59,388 nucleotides of DNA, filler included, from Squatina squatina (GCA_031763465.1; 3 parts of 3 records of this genome joined end to end with filler, not necessarily neighbours in it), one strand, 5' to 3'. Counted from the whole stretch's first letter, positions 1 through 12,686 are shown. The notes: generated by a model from the sequence alone, not told the origin. A program made the numbers and translations.

Positions 1-491
1 AGCCTGAATGTCTGGGATCATAAGTCTAGAAATTCAGAAATGGACATTTTTCTGTATTGCATTGCTGAGTCCCTTTTTAAGTTGCTGATACCTATGGACC
101 TTGCAGTGCTGGTGTAGGATGTATCCATCAATCAGACAATAGTACTACTAACCCCAAACCCATTAAATTATAACAGAATGAACCAGCAAATAAGAAATAT
201 ATACGCACGCAGTGCAGAGTTCCCTGGACTTTGAGACCTGCACGTGGTCTACAGGCCAAAGTTCATAACACCCCTTGAACATGTGAAATAAGTCTAGTAA
301 TTCAGAATATTACCAGCAGGTGTCACCTTTTTAAAGGAATTGCATTCAAAATAAGGCTTTCGTTCTTTTGTTCCTTGAACCCGAGGGAAGTTTGTTTTTA
401 ATAAGATGCTAGAAGTTGATGTTTAGAAATGCTTTAATTACATTATTACTAACCCCTGCACACATTTTTTTTATTCAGTTCAATGTCTTAG

Positions 492-704
<213 letters not shown>

Positions 705-1436
705 TGATTAGTACTATAGTGTGTGTAAGTGAGTAAGGAGTGGAAGAAGGAAAGAGAAGTGAGGGAGCGGGAACGACACTTCAGATGATCATATATCCCC
801 TGAGCTGCTTTCACAATACATGACATGCTGAAGTCCCAAGTTTTTAATAAAGGTGGAAAAGCCTTGTATGGTTCGGTTGTATGGTTAGGATAGTATACAT
901 GATGATGTTTAACTGGCAATGAGATAAAGCTGTGATCAACTTGACTGGTGAGGATGACCATTGTTAACTGATTTCAGCAGAGGTGAAAAGCAACAATGTA
1001 GCTGTCCTGTAATTGCTCTGTGAAGAGACCAGACAAATGGACATAGTGATATTAAGTGGATGCATTGCAGGTGACACCCCTGCAGTTAATTAGTCACAGT
1101 ATATTATTTCTCTCTCTAGAGCACTAGATCAACAAATACAGGGTACAATGAAGCAATAAGCATGGATGGTCTAAAAAGATTGTCTTTTGTAGATAAATAA
1201 GTTCAATCAGGACTTTTTAATAGTGGTTAATTTCTTGAACTATTTGAAGAACCGTTGGTGAGTTATTGTGCTTGGTGCAGTCAGGCTGTTAGAACAGTTA
1301 TTTCCCTTTTAAAATATGAAAAAGCCAAATAATAACTGTGATGTGAACATGCCAGACTGTGGACCTTTAAGCCTCAATTAACTGAATAAAAGGCTTTTCA
1401 AGACCATTTTCAACACGAGAGGCTAACTGTGATCAG

Positions 1437-1585
1437 TGGAAAACTGCCCAGGTATGTCCTGTCCACAAAAAGCAGGACAAATCTAATCTAACCAATTACT
1501 GCCTCATCAGTCTACTCATAATCATCAGCAAAGTGATGGAAGGTGTCATCAACAGTGCTATCAAGCGGCACTTACCAATAACACC
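1437..1585 (+). mobile_element. CR1/L2-group LINE ORF2 fragment (start of RT domain)
   Basis: Translates as WKTAQVCPVHKKQDKSNLTNYCLISLLIIISKVMEGVINSAIKRHL, the 'PVHKK...NYRPISLL...SKVME' motif of non-LTR RTs; runs into a gap. Confidence 0.85.
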
Positions 1586-1987
1586 NNNNNNNNNNNNNNN
1601 NNNNNNNNNNNNNNNNNNNNNNNNNNNNNNNNNNNNNNNNNNNNNNNNNNNNNNNNNNNNNNNNNNNNNNNNNNNNNNNNNNNNNAGAACTGGGTTGGCT
1701 TTGACATTAATCCTGTTTTTATCTGTGTCCTTAACATTTCCGTCCTTAACACTTCAGTTAGTGACGGGGCCGTTGTCCTACCTGTTACTACTGGCTTTGG
1801 AGCCTGGTTCTCGCAACCAGTGTCCCTGTTCATGAGTAGTGAGAGTTGATGGTCTAAACAAAAGGAGCAACATCTTTATTTTAATTTTATGTACACTTGT
1901 ATAATCACCAATGAGATTGTTCTGGTAGTGTTGTTCATTTATTTATTGAAAAAGTTGTTCTTTAATTTCTGTGTTTGTGTTTTCCAG

Positions 1988-2101
1988 TTCCAGAGTCCCT
2001 CATGGTGGCTTTGCATATCTCATGGGTGGCAGTGGGTTGCAGAAATTCACGGTAGCTGCAGTACCATACACTTCAAACCTTTTACCGACATCAAGTACTT
2101 G
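1988..2101 (+). CDS. HACE1: HACE1 penultimate coding exon (HECT C-lobe, ending in the split codon of the catalytic Cys)
   Basis: tttccag|T TCC AGA GTC...AGT ACT TG|gtatg; 114 nt = (S)[37 protein letters not shown](C), matching the HACE1 C-terminal region. Confidence 0.93.
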
Positions 2102-3891
2102 GTATGTACAGTTCATATGCAAGAGAAATTTATAAGTCAAAGCAAAGGTTTTTTTAAATTTCATATCCTATTTATCAGCTATAGAAATATCTTGCACACT
2201 GTAGTCTGCCCTCGATGCAGTTTTATAAAATGTGTTGCCTTTCTTGAGATTTCAGGCTATTAGATACTATGAAAGGAAGATAAATGCTGACAGTAGAATG
2301 AATGCATATGTGGTAGATTAGCATCACAGAAACTAATGGAATACAGTATTGGAAGTGTTCAAAATCCTGTGAAATTCTGCTGTTCCAAGGCAGAAATCTC
2401 TCCAATAAAATCTCCAACATATTGGCTAGTTTTCATCAAACAAATAAAATATTTGTATTTAGCTGGCAGTCTTACCATCTTTTTAATACCTGTGGTCTAT
2501 ACTTAAGTAAAGTAGGAGTATTTATTGGTCCTGTGGGTTTGTCACATGGCTAAAATAGTAAACGGTAATTTACTTTGACAAATATATGGATGCCAGAACA
2601 AAGGAATGTGCAGACATTATTCATATTTATGATAATTATGCACTATTAGAATATCAGCAGCAAACCTGATTAACAAATAAGGCATGAAATGCTGAAAGGG
2701 GAGGGATGGGGAAGATGTGTTTGGTGGTGGCATCACGCTGGACGTGATAGAAATCCTTTTTTTAGGTTGGATGTCTGATGATATCTATTCTGTGATTTGC
2801 GTAACTGGTACACACTCTGAATTACCAACTCATTTACTGTTGGGATGTGCTTTGCCCTAACAGAAAAACAAATGTCTCTTTAAGGTAAATGCGAAATGTT
2901 GCAAATCTGTCACCTTTATATTCAACCACAGTTCCTACTCGCTACCTGGATAGTTTTATCAAATTAGTATCTCTGAATCCATCATTTAAATATCAGATAC
3001 TGGTACTTTAGTAGCATCTGATCCTTGTCCATTAACAACAGGAATTGGGATAGCAAAGCTGTAAGTGGCAATTTTCCTCTGCTTTGTACCCAGGCAATGC
3101 TAATTCCCTAGGCATAAAGTCAGGAAAAAGGGGTGGAGATCTATNNNNNNNNNNNNNNNNNNNNNNNNNNNNNNNNNNNNNNNNNNNNNNNNNNNNNNNN
3201 NNNNNNNNNNNNNNNNNNNNNNNNNNNNNNNNNNNNNNNNNNNNAGACAATGTGACTTTAGGGGACAATTGCAACAAGAAGCTTTTATAACCAAGAAAAA
3301 TCACATTGCCACATGAAAATACAAGCATTGAACTGCTGACACCATGTGTCGCTATCAATTATGTTTGAAAGGCCCATTATAAGACTGTTACTTACCAGTT
3401 CTATTGTGTGATATTAGTTAGCTTAAACCTTTCTATATCTAATGTTTAAGAAAGTCCTTTTACATTTACTTTCTTGCTGACATGTTAATTCTCTTCTGTC
3501 AACTGAAGGGGCACTTATTTCTCATGGGTAATAATATCTGTTCTATTCATAAGGATACACACAGTCTATTCTTTTAAAACAAAATCCCAGACGGCAGTTT
3601 GGCATATTCCTCGTTATGTAAACACTGTCAACTATCTTGTATCGATACAGAAAGAGGGAAAGGAGTATCAAAGAAAGATACACTGGCTTTCCAATCATCC
3701 AACACAATTTTGCTGCATAAACTAACCATTCCCAAGTTTCTCGCAGAGGGGTTGGAATGACACCCTGTGAAAGTTGGCAATAAATGTGTTCACATGTTTG
3801 TATGAAATTCTGTTGCTCTCCATTTTAAATAAAGGCGTTAACCTTAAAGTACAGGGGAACGTCTTTGTTGAGACGTTCCCCTGTACAAAAG

Positions 3892-4036
3892 TAAAATACT
3901 GCAGACCCTGGAATTCTGAAATAGAAGCAGAAAATACTGGAAATACTCAGCAGGTCATGCAGCATCTGTGGAGAGAGAACCAGAGTTAAAATTTCAAGTA
4001 CGACAACCTTTCATCAGAACTGGAAAAGGTCAGAGA
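3892..4036 (-). mobile_element. Penelope-like element terminal-repeat fragment with degenerate minimal hammerhead core
   Basis: Same sequence family recurs at ~21162-21215 and ~53761-53843. Minus strand reads ccagtt-CTGATGA-aaggt-tgtcgt-actt-GAAA-tttt-aactctgg. Confidence 0.6.
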
Positions 4037-4039
4037 TTC

Positions 4040-4287
4040 GGCAGCGGATGAGAGGGGCAGAGAGCTGAGAGAAATCGCAAGAGGCAGCCAGCACATAAAT
4101 TGAGTGGGCGGCAGAGCGAGGCCTACATTTGGCAGTGGAAGAGAGGGGCAGAGAACTGAGAGAAATCGCGAGACGCGGCCAGCACAGAAATTGAGTGGGC
4201 AGCAGAGCGAGGCCTACATTCAACAGCGGAGGAGAGGGGCGGAGAGCTGAGAGAAATCACGAGAGGAGACTGGAGCGTAAATTGAGC
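4040..4287 (+). repeat. ~2.7 copies of a 91-bp tandem repeat, probably in a CR1 LINE 5' UTR
   Basis: Units start at 4040, 4131 and 4222 (ggcagcgg.../ggcagtgg.../aacagcgg...). Downstream 4347-4380 matches the reverse complement of 49066-49100, which lies 5' of a CR1 ORF1. Confidence 0.85.
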
Positions 4288-5181
4288 TTACCCACCTCAC
4301 AGAGACCAGCGGAAGAGTTGGAGCTGACGTCACATGGCAGGGGTGGCAGCTGATTGGTAAGTAGGATCAGGTGAGTATTTCCACTACTTTTACAGCTTAG
4401 TATTCAAGCTAAAGTCAAACCCAGATCNNNNNNNNNNNNNNNNNNNNNNNNNNNNNNNNNNNNNNNNNNNNNNNNNNNNNNNNNNNNNNNNNNNNNNNNN
4501 NNNNNNNNNNNNNNNNNNNNNNNNNNNATGGAAACAGCCCACTTGGCCTCACCAAGTAGGAAATAAATGGGAAATATTAGTATTAGCCAATCATTTATAC
4601 TTAAATTCTGTGGCTCACCTTTTTCCTTCAGCATAGCAACCAGCTAGCAAATAATAGCATTTGCCTGGTTTCTAATGCAACTATATATTCAGTAAGTTGC
4701 TCCTCATGTTCTTTATTATAATAAACCATATCATTGGTAGTTTAACACTTAGTAAGGTATATTAATCACGTCTGCCAGAACTGAAGTGCTCTTCCTTCCT
4801 GAATTATTATCATTAAATGGAACATAAATTAATGATAATTTATTAGCCGGAATTCACACTGCAAGAGGAATCAGTGCAAATGGAAATCCTGTAATTAAGC
4901 AGATGCAAGGAAAGAAAGACAGAAAATACATGGACGATCTCCTAATGGGCGACAGTTTCGAGTGAATAGGGAATCTCATGCAAAGTAAACTTAGTTTTGT
5001 GTTTTGCCAAAATAATATGCACATAGCTTCTTTTGATAGACCAATGACCAACAGAAATACTAATCATGAAATAACACAACAGATAATATATCAACAGGAC
5101 ACATCTGTGTCACCGTGCCTTTGTAAGTGTAGTTTGCTATCTTCACTGAATGAAAAGGAATTAGAATGGAATCTAAGAACA

Positions 5182-5561
5182 AACTTGCATTTCTCATCAC
5201 ACTTGCAGAATATCCCAATGCGCTTCAATGAAGTATGTTTTGAAGTGCAGTCACTATTGTTATGTAGGCAAATATAATGGCCGATTTGTGCACCGATCTC
5301 ACAAACAGCAAATGAGATGAATAACCAGTTAACCTGTTTTTGGTGGCACTTAAAGGGAAATGTTGGTCAGGAGAACTCCTGTTCTTTTTCTAAAAAAGCC
5401 ATGGCATCTTTCATGTGTGCTTGACTAGGGAAGTGGGGCTTTGGTTTAATGTGTCATTTGAAAGTCAGCATCCCAACAATGCAGTACCAACTTCACTGAA
5501 GTATCAGCCTAGAGTATGTGCTCAGGTCCTGGAGGTGGGGCTTGAACTCACAACCTTCTGA
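5182..5561 (-). mobile_element. Deu-domain tRNA-derived SINE (SacSINE1-like), decayed
   Basis: Reverse-complement similarity to the 8357-8795 copy along head, core and tail. Confidence 0.75.
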
Positions 5562-5629
5562 ATGTACAAACAATCCCAAGAAAGCATGATTGTGCAGCAC
5601 ATTGGTGTACTTACACTTTGTCCTGTGAT

Positions 5630-5793
5630 ATGGCTGCACAAGAGGGGAGGAAGAAAAGAGGGAGAGCAATAGTGATAGGGGGTTCGATTGTTAGGGAAAC
5701 AGACAGGCATTTCTGCGGCCGCAGACGTGACTCCAGGATGGTATGTTGCCTCCCTGGTGCCAGGGTCAAGGATGTCACTGAGTGGCTGCAGGA
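5630..5793 (+). mobile_element. CR1 LINE ORF1 fragment (SGNH esterase-like domain)
   Basis: RAIVIGGSIVRETDRHFCGRRRDSRMVCCLPGARVKDVTEWLQ corresponds to the CR1 ORF1 'VIGDSIVR...CCLPGARV.DV' motif, with GDS mutated to GGS. Confidence 0.88.
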
Positions 5794-5893
5794 NNNNNNN
5801 NNNNNNNNNNNNNNNNNNNNNNNNNNNNNNNNNNNNNNNNNNNNNNNNNNNNNNNNNNNNNNNNNNNNNNNNNNNNNNNNNNNNNNNNNNNNN

Positions 5894-6745
5894 AGTTTCT
5901 CTCTATCTACTCTGTCCAGATCCCTCATGATTTTGAACACCTCGATCAAATCTCCTCTCAATCTTCTCTGGTCCAAGGAGAACAACCCCAGCTTGTCCAG
6001 TCTATCAACGTAACAGAAGTCCCTCATTCCTGGAATCATTCTTGTAAATCTTTTCTGCACCTTCTCTAAGGCCTTCACATCCTTCCTAAAGTGTAGTGCC
6101 CAGAATTGAAAACAATACTCTAGTTGTGGCCGAACAAGTGTTTTTTTACAGATTCATCATAACTTCCACATTTTTGTATTCTGTACCTTATTCATGAAGC
6201 CCAGGATCCTGTAAGCCTTTTTAACTGCTTTCTCAATCTGCCCTGCCACCTTCAACGATTTTTGCACATATACCCCCAGGTCTCTCTGTTCGTGCACCCA
6301 CTTTAGTTTATATGTCCTCTCCTCATTCTTCCTACCAAAATGTATCACTTCACACTTTTCTGCATTAAATTTCATCTGCCACATATCCGCCCATTTCATC
6401 AGCCTGACTATGTCTTCCTGAAGTCTATCACTCTCCTCTTCACTGTTCACTATACTTCCAAGTTTTGTTTCATCTGCAAATTTTGAAATTGTGCCCTGTA
6501 CACTCAAGTCCAAGTCATTAATATATATCAAGAAAAGCAGTGGTCCTAGAACCGACTCCTGGGGAACACCACTGTATACCTTCCTCCAATCCGAAAAACA
6601 ACCGTTCACCACTACTCTCTGTTTCCTGTCACTTTGCCAGTGCCAGTTTCGTATTATTGCTGCCACTGTCCCTTCTTTTCCATGGGCTTCAACTTTGCTG
6701 GCAAGACTATCATGTGGCACTTTGTCAAACGCCTTTTGGAAACCC
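5894..6745 (-). mobile_element. CR1 LINE ORF2 (RT, C-terminal half), decayed
   Basis: ORFs 6157-6816 and 5611-6078: FQKAFDKVPH, SGVPQESVLGPLLFLIYINDL, KFADETKL, ALEKVQKRFTRMIPG, RRLRGDLIEVFKIM; broken by frameshifts and stops. Confidence 0.95.
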
Positions 6746-8356
6746 ATGTCAGTCTTTGGTTTACTAACTAGGCTAATAGGCTTGGCAGGGCAACTTAGGA
6801 GAGGTGCCCATGACATTTGTGTATTTGGAGTCTTATGGTGTAAGCAGTTGGGGTTTGAAACTCCTTGTGGGATATTTATAACACTCTAGGTGATACTCTT
6901 GTGTCAAATTAGCATGCAACAAAGACATTAACCTGTTTAAAATAAATAGGTTAATGACTGTTCAATAATGCACATAGAAATATGCCATCAGCACATTAAC
7001 CAGTGAGCTAAAAATAGCACCTCGAGGAATTTCAACGCCGTTATAAAACACCAAGCTCCAGCAGTAATACTGTCAGATATTAAACTCCTGTTCCCGTGTT
7101 GTTTTTCTCCTATCTCCCACAACTTCAATGATGTCATCTTTTTGTGAACATACTTATAATGATTTTACATTCGATCATTGAGTGAGTCTGTAGAACAGAC
7201 CTGCAGGGAGCAATGCACCATTTTCTTTATTGCTTTGACTTCAGACTGGATAATGCAATGGTACAAGGACTGCTCATCCAAATGTGCAAATGAGCGTGAA
7301 AGCTGAAAGGTCTCTTGCATACTGGAGCTGTTGTTTATGTCCAATTGAGCACAGCTGCTAATGTCAGAAATTACAGGTATTCAGTTGGGTTTCTGAAAAC
7401 CCACTTGGACTGAGACTGCCCAAAGCCATGGAGGGTGTTATTAGCCCGTCCGATTCAGAGGTGATGATGCTCTTAAAAGCGGAGCTCACGATGCGTAGAC
7501 CTCTTAAAATTCGAACAGTTAACCAGCACTATGATTACCCTTACAGTCCTTTCTTTTCCTTCTTCCATCAGCCAGACAGCCTCAGTAACTCCTCCTTAGT
7601 GGTTTACTGAACGGGTCATCAGCACTCGCTGTTTGAATAAATGTGTCCCAACAAAAAAGACAAACGTAAACAAAATGATATTGTGGTTATTTCCCGATCA
7701 TTCTTTGTAGCACGTTTCTAAGAGAGGGTTCTGGTGGCACAGTGTGTTCGAGAGCAAACCTTCATCCCTCACAGAAAGATTTANNNNNNNNNNNNNNNNN
7801 NNNNNNNNNNNNNNNNNNNNNNNNNNNNNNNNNNNNNNNNNNNNNNNNNNNNNNNNNNNNNNNNNNNNNNNNNNNNNNNNNNNAGCCCACAGCTTAAATG
7901 CCCCACACAGCAACATTTTCCACAGTTTAAGTGACTGTTTAGCTAGATACGTTTAGCATTCTCTTGGATTGACTACTTAATGGTGGATTACGTTCAGTGC
8001 ACCCTGATGCACCTGAGTTCCAAAACATGAGTTGGAAAGTTGGCTGTAGTTGCAAGTGTGCTTAAAAACAGGGAACATTTAGCTACCAATTGGTTGGAAG
8101 AGGTAAAGGGAGTGAAGGAATTTCACTCTCTTAATCTCTTCCAATATATTGCCTTAACTGTTATACTTCTACAATGTTTCCAAATCCTATGCTAATCCCT
8201 TGTGTTTCTACTGGAATTCTTACTATGGGCAGGGTTTTATGGGTGAACTGTTGTTTTCTCTATTATCATTGACCTATTACACATAAGCCACAGCTGAACT
8301 TTTTTCATTTTTACCAAATAAGTGGCCATTTAACTTCATAGCATTATTTCTCAAAT

Positions 8357-8795
8357 TGTTAGCTGTGGCTCAGTGGTTGCACTCTCACCCCCAAGTTCAT
8401 AAGGGTTGTGGGTTCAAGTCCTACTCCAGGAACAGTACAGAGGGAGTGCTGCACTATCAGAGGTGCTGTCTTGCAGATGACACATTAAACTCTGAGGCCC
8501 TGTCTGCTGACTCAGATGGATGCAAAAAAATCCCATGGCATTATTCTGAAGAAGAGCAGGGGAGTTATCCCTGGTGTCCTGGCCAATCATCTATCCCTCA
8601 ATCAACATAACAAAAACAGATTATCTGGTCATTATTACATTGCTGTTTGTGGGAGCTTGCTGTGTGCAAATTGGCTGCCATGTTTCCTACATTACAACAG
8701 AGACTCCACTTCAAAAGTACTTCATTGGCTGTAAAGCGCTTTGGGACGTCCAGTGGTTGTGAAAGGCGCTTCATAAATGCAAGTCTTTCTTTTCT
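8357..8795 (+). mobile_element. Near full-length Deu-domain tRNA-derived SINE (SacSINE1-like)
   Basis: Pol III A box TGGCTCAGTGG (8366-8376), B box GGTTCAAGTCC (8411-8421), central core (...gtgtgcaaattggctgcc...), L2-like tail ...aaggcgcttcataaatgcaagtctttc. At least 6 related copies in the window. Confidence 0.8.
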
Positions 8796-10604
8796 CTTTT
8801 TAAAATGCCATAATTGGTTGTTGGTTGTTTGTTTTCACAAACAAACTCCTGTCCAGCGGAAATGCCCAGAGCAATACGCCCACCTTCTTGATTGGGGTGG
8901 GGGCGGGGGTTGAGGGCTATCATTAAAATCTACAAATATAAATGGGTTTTTAACCTTTGATTCGACAAAGTGGAAAGTGTAGCTGGTGGTGCTTTAAGAG
9001 ACTGTGAGAGCGATAGCAGCATTTCTGCATCACTTGCAAAAATAAAGCATTGAGCGAACATCCATTATCTCCAGTGTGAACTTCAAACGGAGATATGCTA
9101 TGATCTTTGTGCGCCCGCTACTTTGTGGTGTTCAATTATATTCTCAATTATATTCGACAGAACATCATTAAAAAATACATAAAGGAAAACAAAAAATGAA
9201 TCTCCTTTGGTCCTAAAAATGATAATTGACTCTGTATGTGTCAGGATTGAGTGGGTTCTATTTTTATTAAGCTCTTTCTCTTTTTCCTGGACTTCTAAAA
9301 AATAAATGGCACCCGCACAGATGAAACCCAAGTTTACTAATTCCCCTGTTTAATATTCATTAGCTGTGTCCCAGTGTTGATTCTTTCTGTTACATTGGGG
9401 AGGGAGTGTTTCAGATGGAATTTCTGGTTTCCAACTGCTACCGCGTCACACTTTTCTTTGCTTCACGTAGAAGGGGCTGCTGGACTATTCGGCTGTGATT
9501 AGTGCTGCTCTGGGGATTCCTATTCCCCGTTCCCCCAAAACAAAAACTGCACCTTGGACAATTTCCAGTCACCACAGATATGGAAACCCTTTCAATTTAG
9601 AATATGAGAACTAGGAGNNNNNNNNNNNNNNNNNNNNNNNNNNNNNNNNNNNNNNNNNNNNNNNNNNNNNNNNNNNNNNNNNNNNNNNNNNNNNNNNNNN
9701 NNNNNNNNNNNNNNNNNTCTATGTTTCTATCCATTCTCAATAGGTAGTGCGTCATTGCTGAATTTTAACTCACTGCACACTTAGACGTGTAAAGGACACT
9801 GCACTTGCATTTGTTGAATGCCATGTTTATTTTATGAGTGCAGGAGGCAGAGCTGGGAATGAATAATAAACACAATATTCAACAACTTCATTTGCAGCAC
9901 TTTATATAACATACAGGACATAAGGAAAACATGTTGTGACAAGAGCTTTGGTGGCTTTGACCCTTTTTGTTTCATGTTGTGTGAAGTCACAGCTTAAAAT
10001 GGGCAGGGCTTGTCATCACTGTGATGCTTGTGGCATTATCAGCTGGTTGCTCCCAGAGGAAGACACCGTGTGCGCTGTTTGATTTTTATTTTGTTTGGGT
10101 GCTGTGTTACCTAAGGTTGTTGTGCGTTATACCAATTCTTTCTGCATCATCTTTGTGGTGCCAGCAAGGCTTATTTTGTATTACTGAGCTCCAGAACACT
10201 TACGGGTAGTCATGGTGAAGGAGTTGCCAAGGTTACGGCTGTGTACTCATTGACGGTGAGATCAAGCACAAGGCTGTTTGATTTTGTTTTTAAGTTGTCA
10301 GTAGCTTGTATATGAGATAGCAAGCAAGTGTTGCAGCTGTTCCTGGCCACCCTTTGTAAATGGCTTCCATTCATCTATCCTCCTTGTGTTTACTCTGACT
10401 CCATGCCTAGCTTAATATACGTGGAATTTTATAAATAGCTAACACCTGGGGAAAATGATACTCATAGCAATGCAATCTTTCACATTGGTGCTTGTTAAAA
10501 GAATGGCTTGACTGGTGGCTTGCCTTTCATTTCAAGTGTTGGTGCTTCAGATGGTACTCTTCTTACTGTGAGAAGTGCCATTTTCCAACGTAGTAATGTA
10601 TAAA

Positions 10605-10787
10605 TATCGGCTTGGCTTAGTGGCAGTACGCTTGTTTTATCAGGCAATCCTTGGTTTAAGGCCGATGCTTCAACGTATTACTGAGGGAATACTGCATTGT
10701 TGGAGGTGCTGGCTTTCATATGGAACTTTACACAAAGCCTCATCTCCCTATTCGTGTGGATGTAAAAAATCCTATGGCACAATTCAA
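10605..10787 (+). mobile_element. 5' part of Deu-type SINE, decayed
   Basis: tggcttagtggcag...ctgagggaatactgcattgttggaggtgctg...atgtaaaaaatcctatggcac is similar to 8366-8545. Confidence 0.65.
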
Positions 10788-10905
10788 TAACAACTTGTAT
10801 TTATATAGCACCTTTAAAAAGTAGTAAAATGTCCCACAGTACTTCCCAAGAACATTATCAAATAGAATTTGACACCAAGCCACGTAAGGAGATATTAGGG
10901 CAGAT
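10788..10905 (-). mobile_element. L2 LINE 3' end
   Basis: Reverse complement resembles the tails at 32915-33036 and 48330-48445. Confidence 0.7.
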
Positions 10906-11682
10906 NNNNNNNNNNNNNNNNNNNNNNNNNNNNNNNNNNNNNNNNNNNNNNNNNNNNNNNNNNNNNNNNNNNNNNNNNNNNNNNNNNNNNNNNNNNNNNN
11001 NNNNNATGCATATTGATAAAGCAACAAGATCATGGTCAGTATTTGTTTGCAGAACAAATGGGATCCAATTTATCGACTGGGTTTAAAACTAATTGCCCAT
11101 CTGTTTAGTACAGCTTTAATCTATTTTGCTATGAGTATATTTCTATCCATTCATTGCAATCCACAAGATAGTGTTACTTTTCATCATAGGCATTAGACTG
11201 AACCTTTCACAAAACAACACCACATTTATTCCACTACAAGAAGTCATTAATTTTGATTGTCTCATTTTCTGACATTGAGGTCAACTTCATCAATGTGTCA
11301 GGGGTCCATTTGACACTCTTGAAAATGTCCCAGGGTTGTGGACAGCACTGTAATTATGATAAAGCTGATAAATTATAGACACCTGAATAAAAATGGTTCA
11401 GCAGATGAGTATGACCTGGAACGATTAGGAACATGGAAATAGCTACTGAGCAGACAAATGTAGGATGCTGTCCTTTACAAGAAAGGGCTTTCAGCCTAAT
11501 AATAATGGAGAGATCTCAGATTAGTACACAAGACATTGTGAAAATGGATTATCTTATAAACTTGTAATAGATTTGTGATGCACCATGTAAATGTGATCTT
11601 GTCAGAAAGTCCAACTAACAAAAAACTGTTACACAAATATGGCAATTCAGTTAACTCATGAACTCCCTGTCTCTGGTTTTTA

Positions 11683-11867
11683 GTTCATTCCTGGGATGTG
11701 GGTGTCGTTAGCAAGGCCAGCACTTATTGCCCATGCCTAAGGGGGCGAAAGCACTTTAGAGCCAACGAAGTACTTTTTTTGACGTGTAGGCACGGTTGTA
11801 ATGTAGGATGCCCGGCAACCAGTTTGCACACAGCAAGGTCCCACAACTAGCACTGAGCTATTAACCA
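11683..11867 (-). mobile_element. Adjacent fragments: LINE/SINE shared tail (11683-11740) and Deu-SINE 3' part (11750-11867)
   Basis: First part matches 50978-51040; second part matches the reverse complement of ~8620-8745. Confidence 0.65.
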
Positions 11868-12567
11868 NNNNNNNNNNNNNNNNNNNNNNNNNNNNNNNNN
11901 NNNNNNNNNNNNNNNNNNNNNNNNNNNNNNNNNNNNNNNNNNNNNNNNNNNNNNNNNNNNNNNNNNNGCAAAATGCACAACTGAACAGAATACAGTATTA
12001 ACTGAAAAACAATCTGTGTCATATGCTCCTCATAACATCAAAAATAATAAATTATGCAAACTTAGCCCTGAGCCTATCTTCTCTTTTCAAGTCAGTACCT
12101 GATGAACTGACTGCCATTAACTTCAGCAGAAAAAAAGAGTTCTCTCCCACTCTGACTGTTTCAAATTCAAATTGGCTTTTACCCAGTCTGAGAGAGGAAG
12201 AAAAAGTAAACAGCTTAATTTATGCCACCCTCCCAGAACACTGTGTTGAGAATCGGCTCATTAAGCCAATAATTTAAACTAAACACACCCCTTCTTCCCA
12301 ATATGGGGTCATAGCAACACGCCGTCTGGCCAGATATGATACTTGCTGTCCTCATTACAAGTGAAAATGTCTCTAAAATGTACTAATGAACCTCATAGTG
12401 TCGCAAACTGATATGGTATGTAAGAAATACAATTCTATCTGCACCGTTATCTGATCTCAGTCAATGGTCCTAATCAGCATTGCCAGGCAGCTTCTGTGTT
12501 GTTGGAAGTTAAGTCCCTGGGTGCATTTAGCTAAATAATAACATCTTAATATAAACAAACACCATAA

Positions 12568-12686
12568 GGGGAAATTCGCTTTGGGCGTGGAAATTCCCAT
12601 GGAAAAAAAATTCCGAAGAAGTGCAAAACCAGCTGCCGATTTGCTATGGCCTGTTTTGCACTGTCACCCGAGATGAATTTCACCCC
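12568..12686. mobile_element. Short MITE with GGGG(T)GAAATT termini (PIF/Harbinger-like)
   Basis: Starts ggggaaattc, ends gaatttcacccc; same terminal motif as 14826-14949. No clean TSD. Confidence 0.5.

Noticed and set aside
3245-3840. HACE1 3' UTR with AATAAA signals
   Set aside because: Plausible by position, but the terminal coding exon is absent so it cannot be anchored.
8357-8430. tRNA gene
   Set aside because: The A/B boxes belong to a SINE head that continues into a multi-copy body; no intact cloverleaf.
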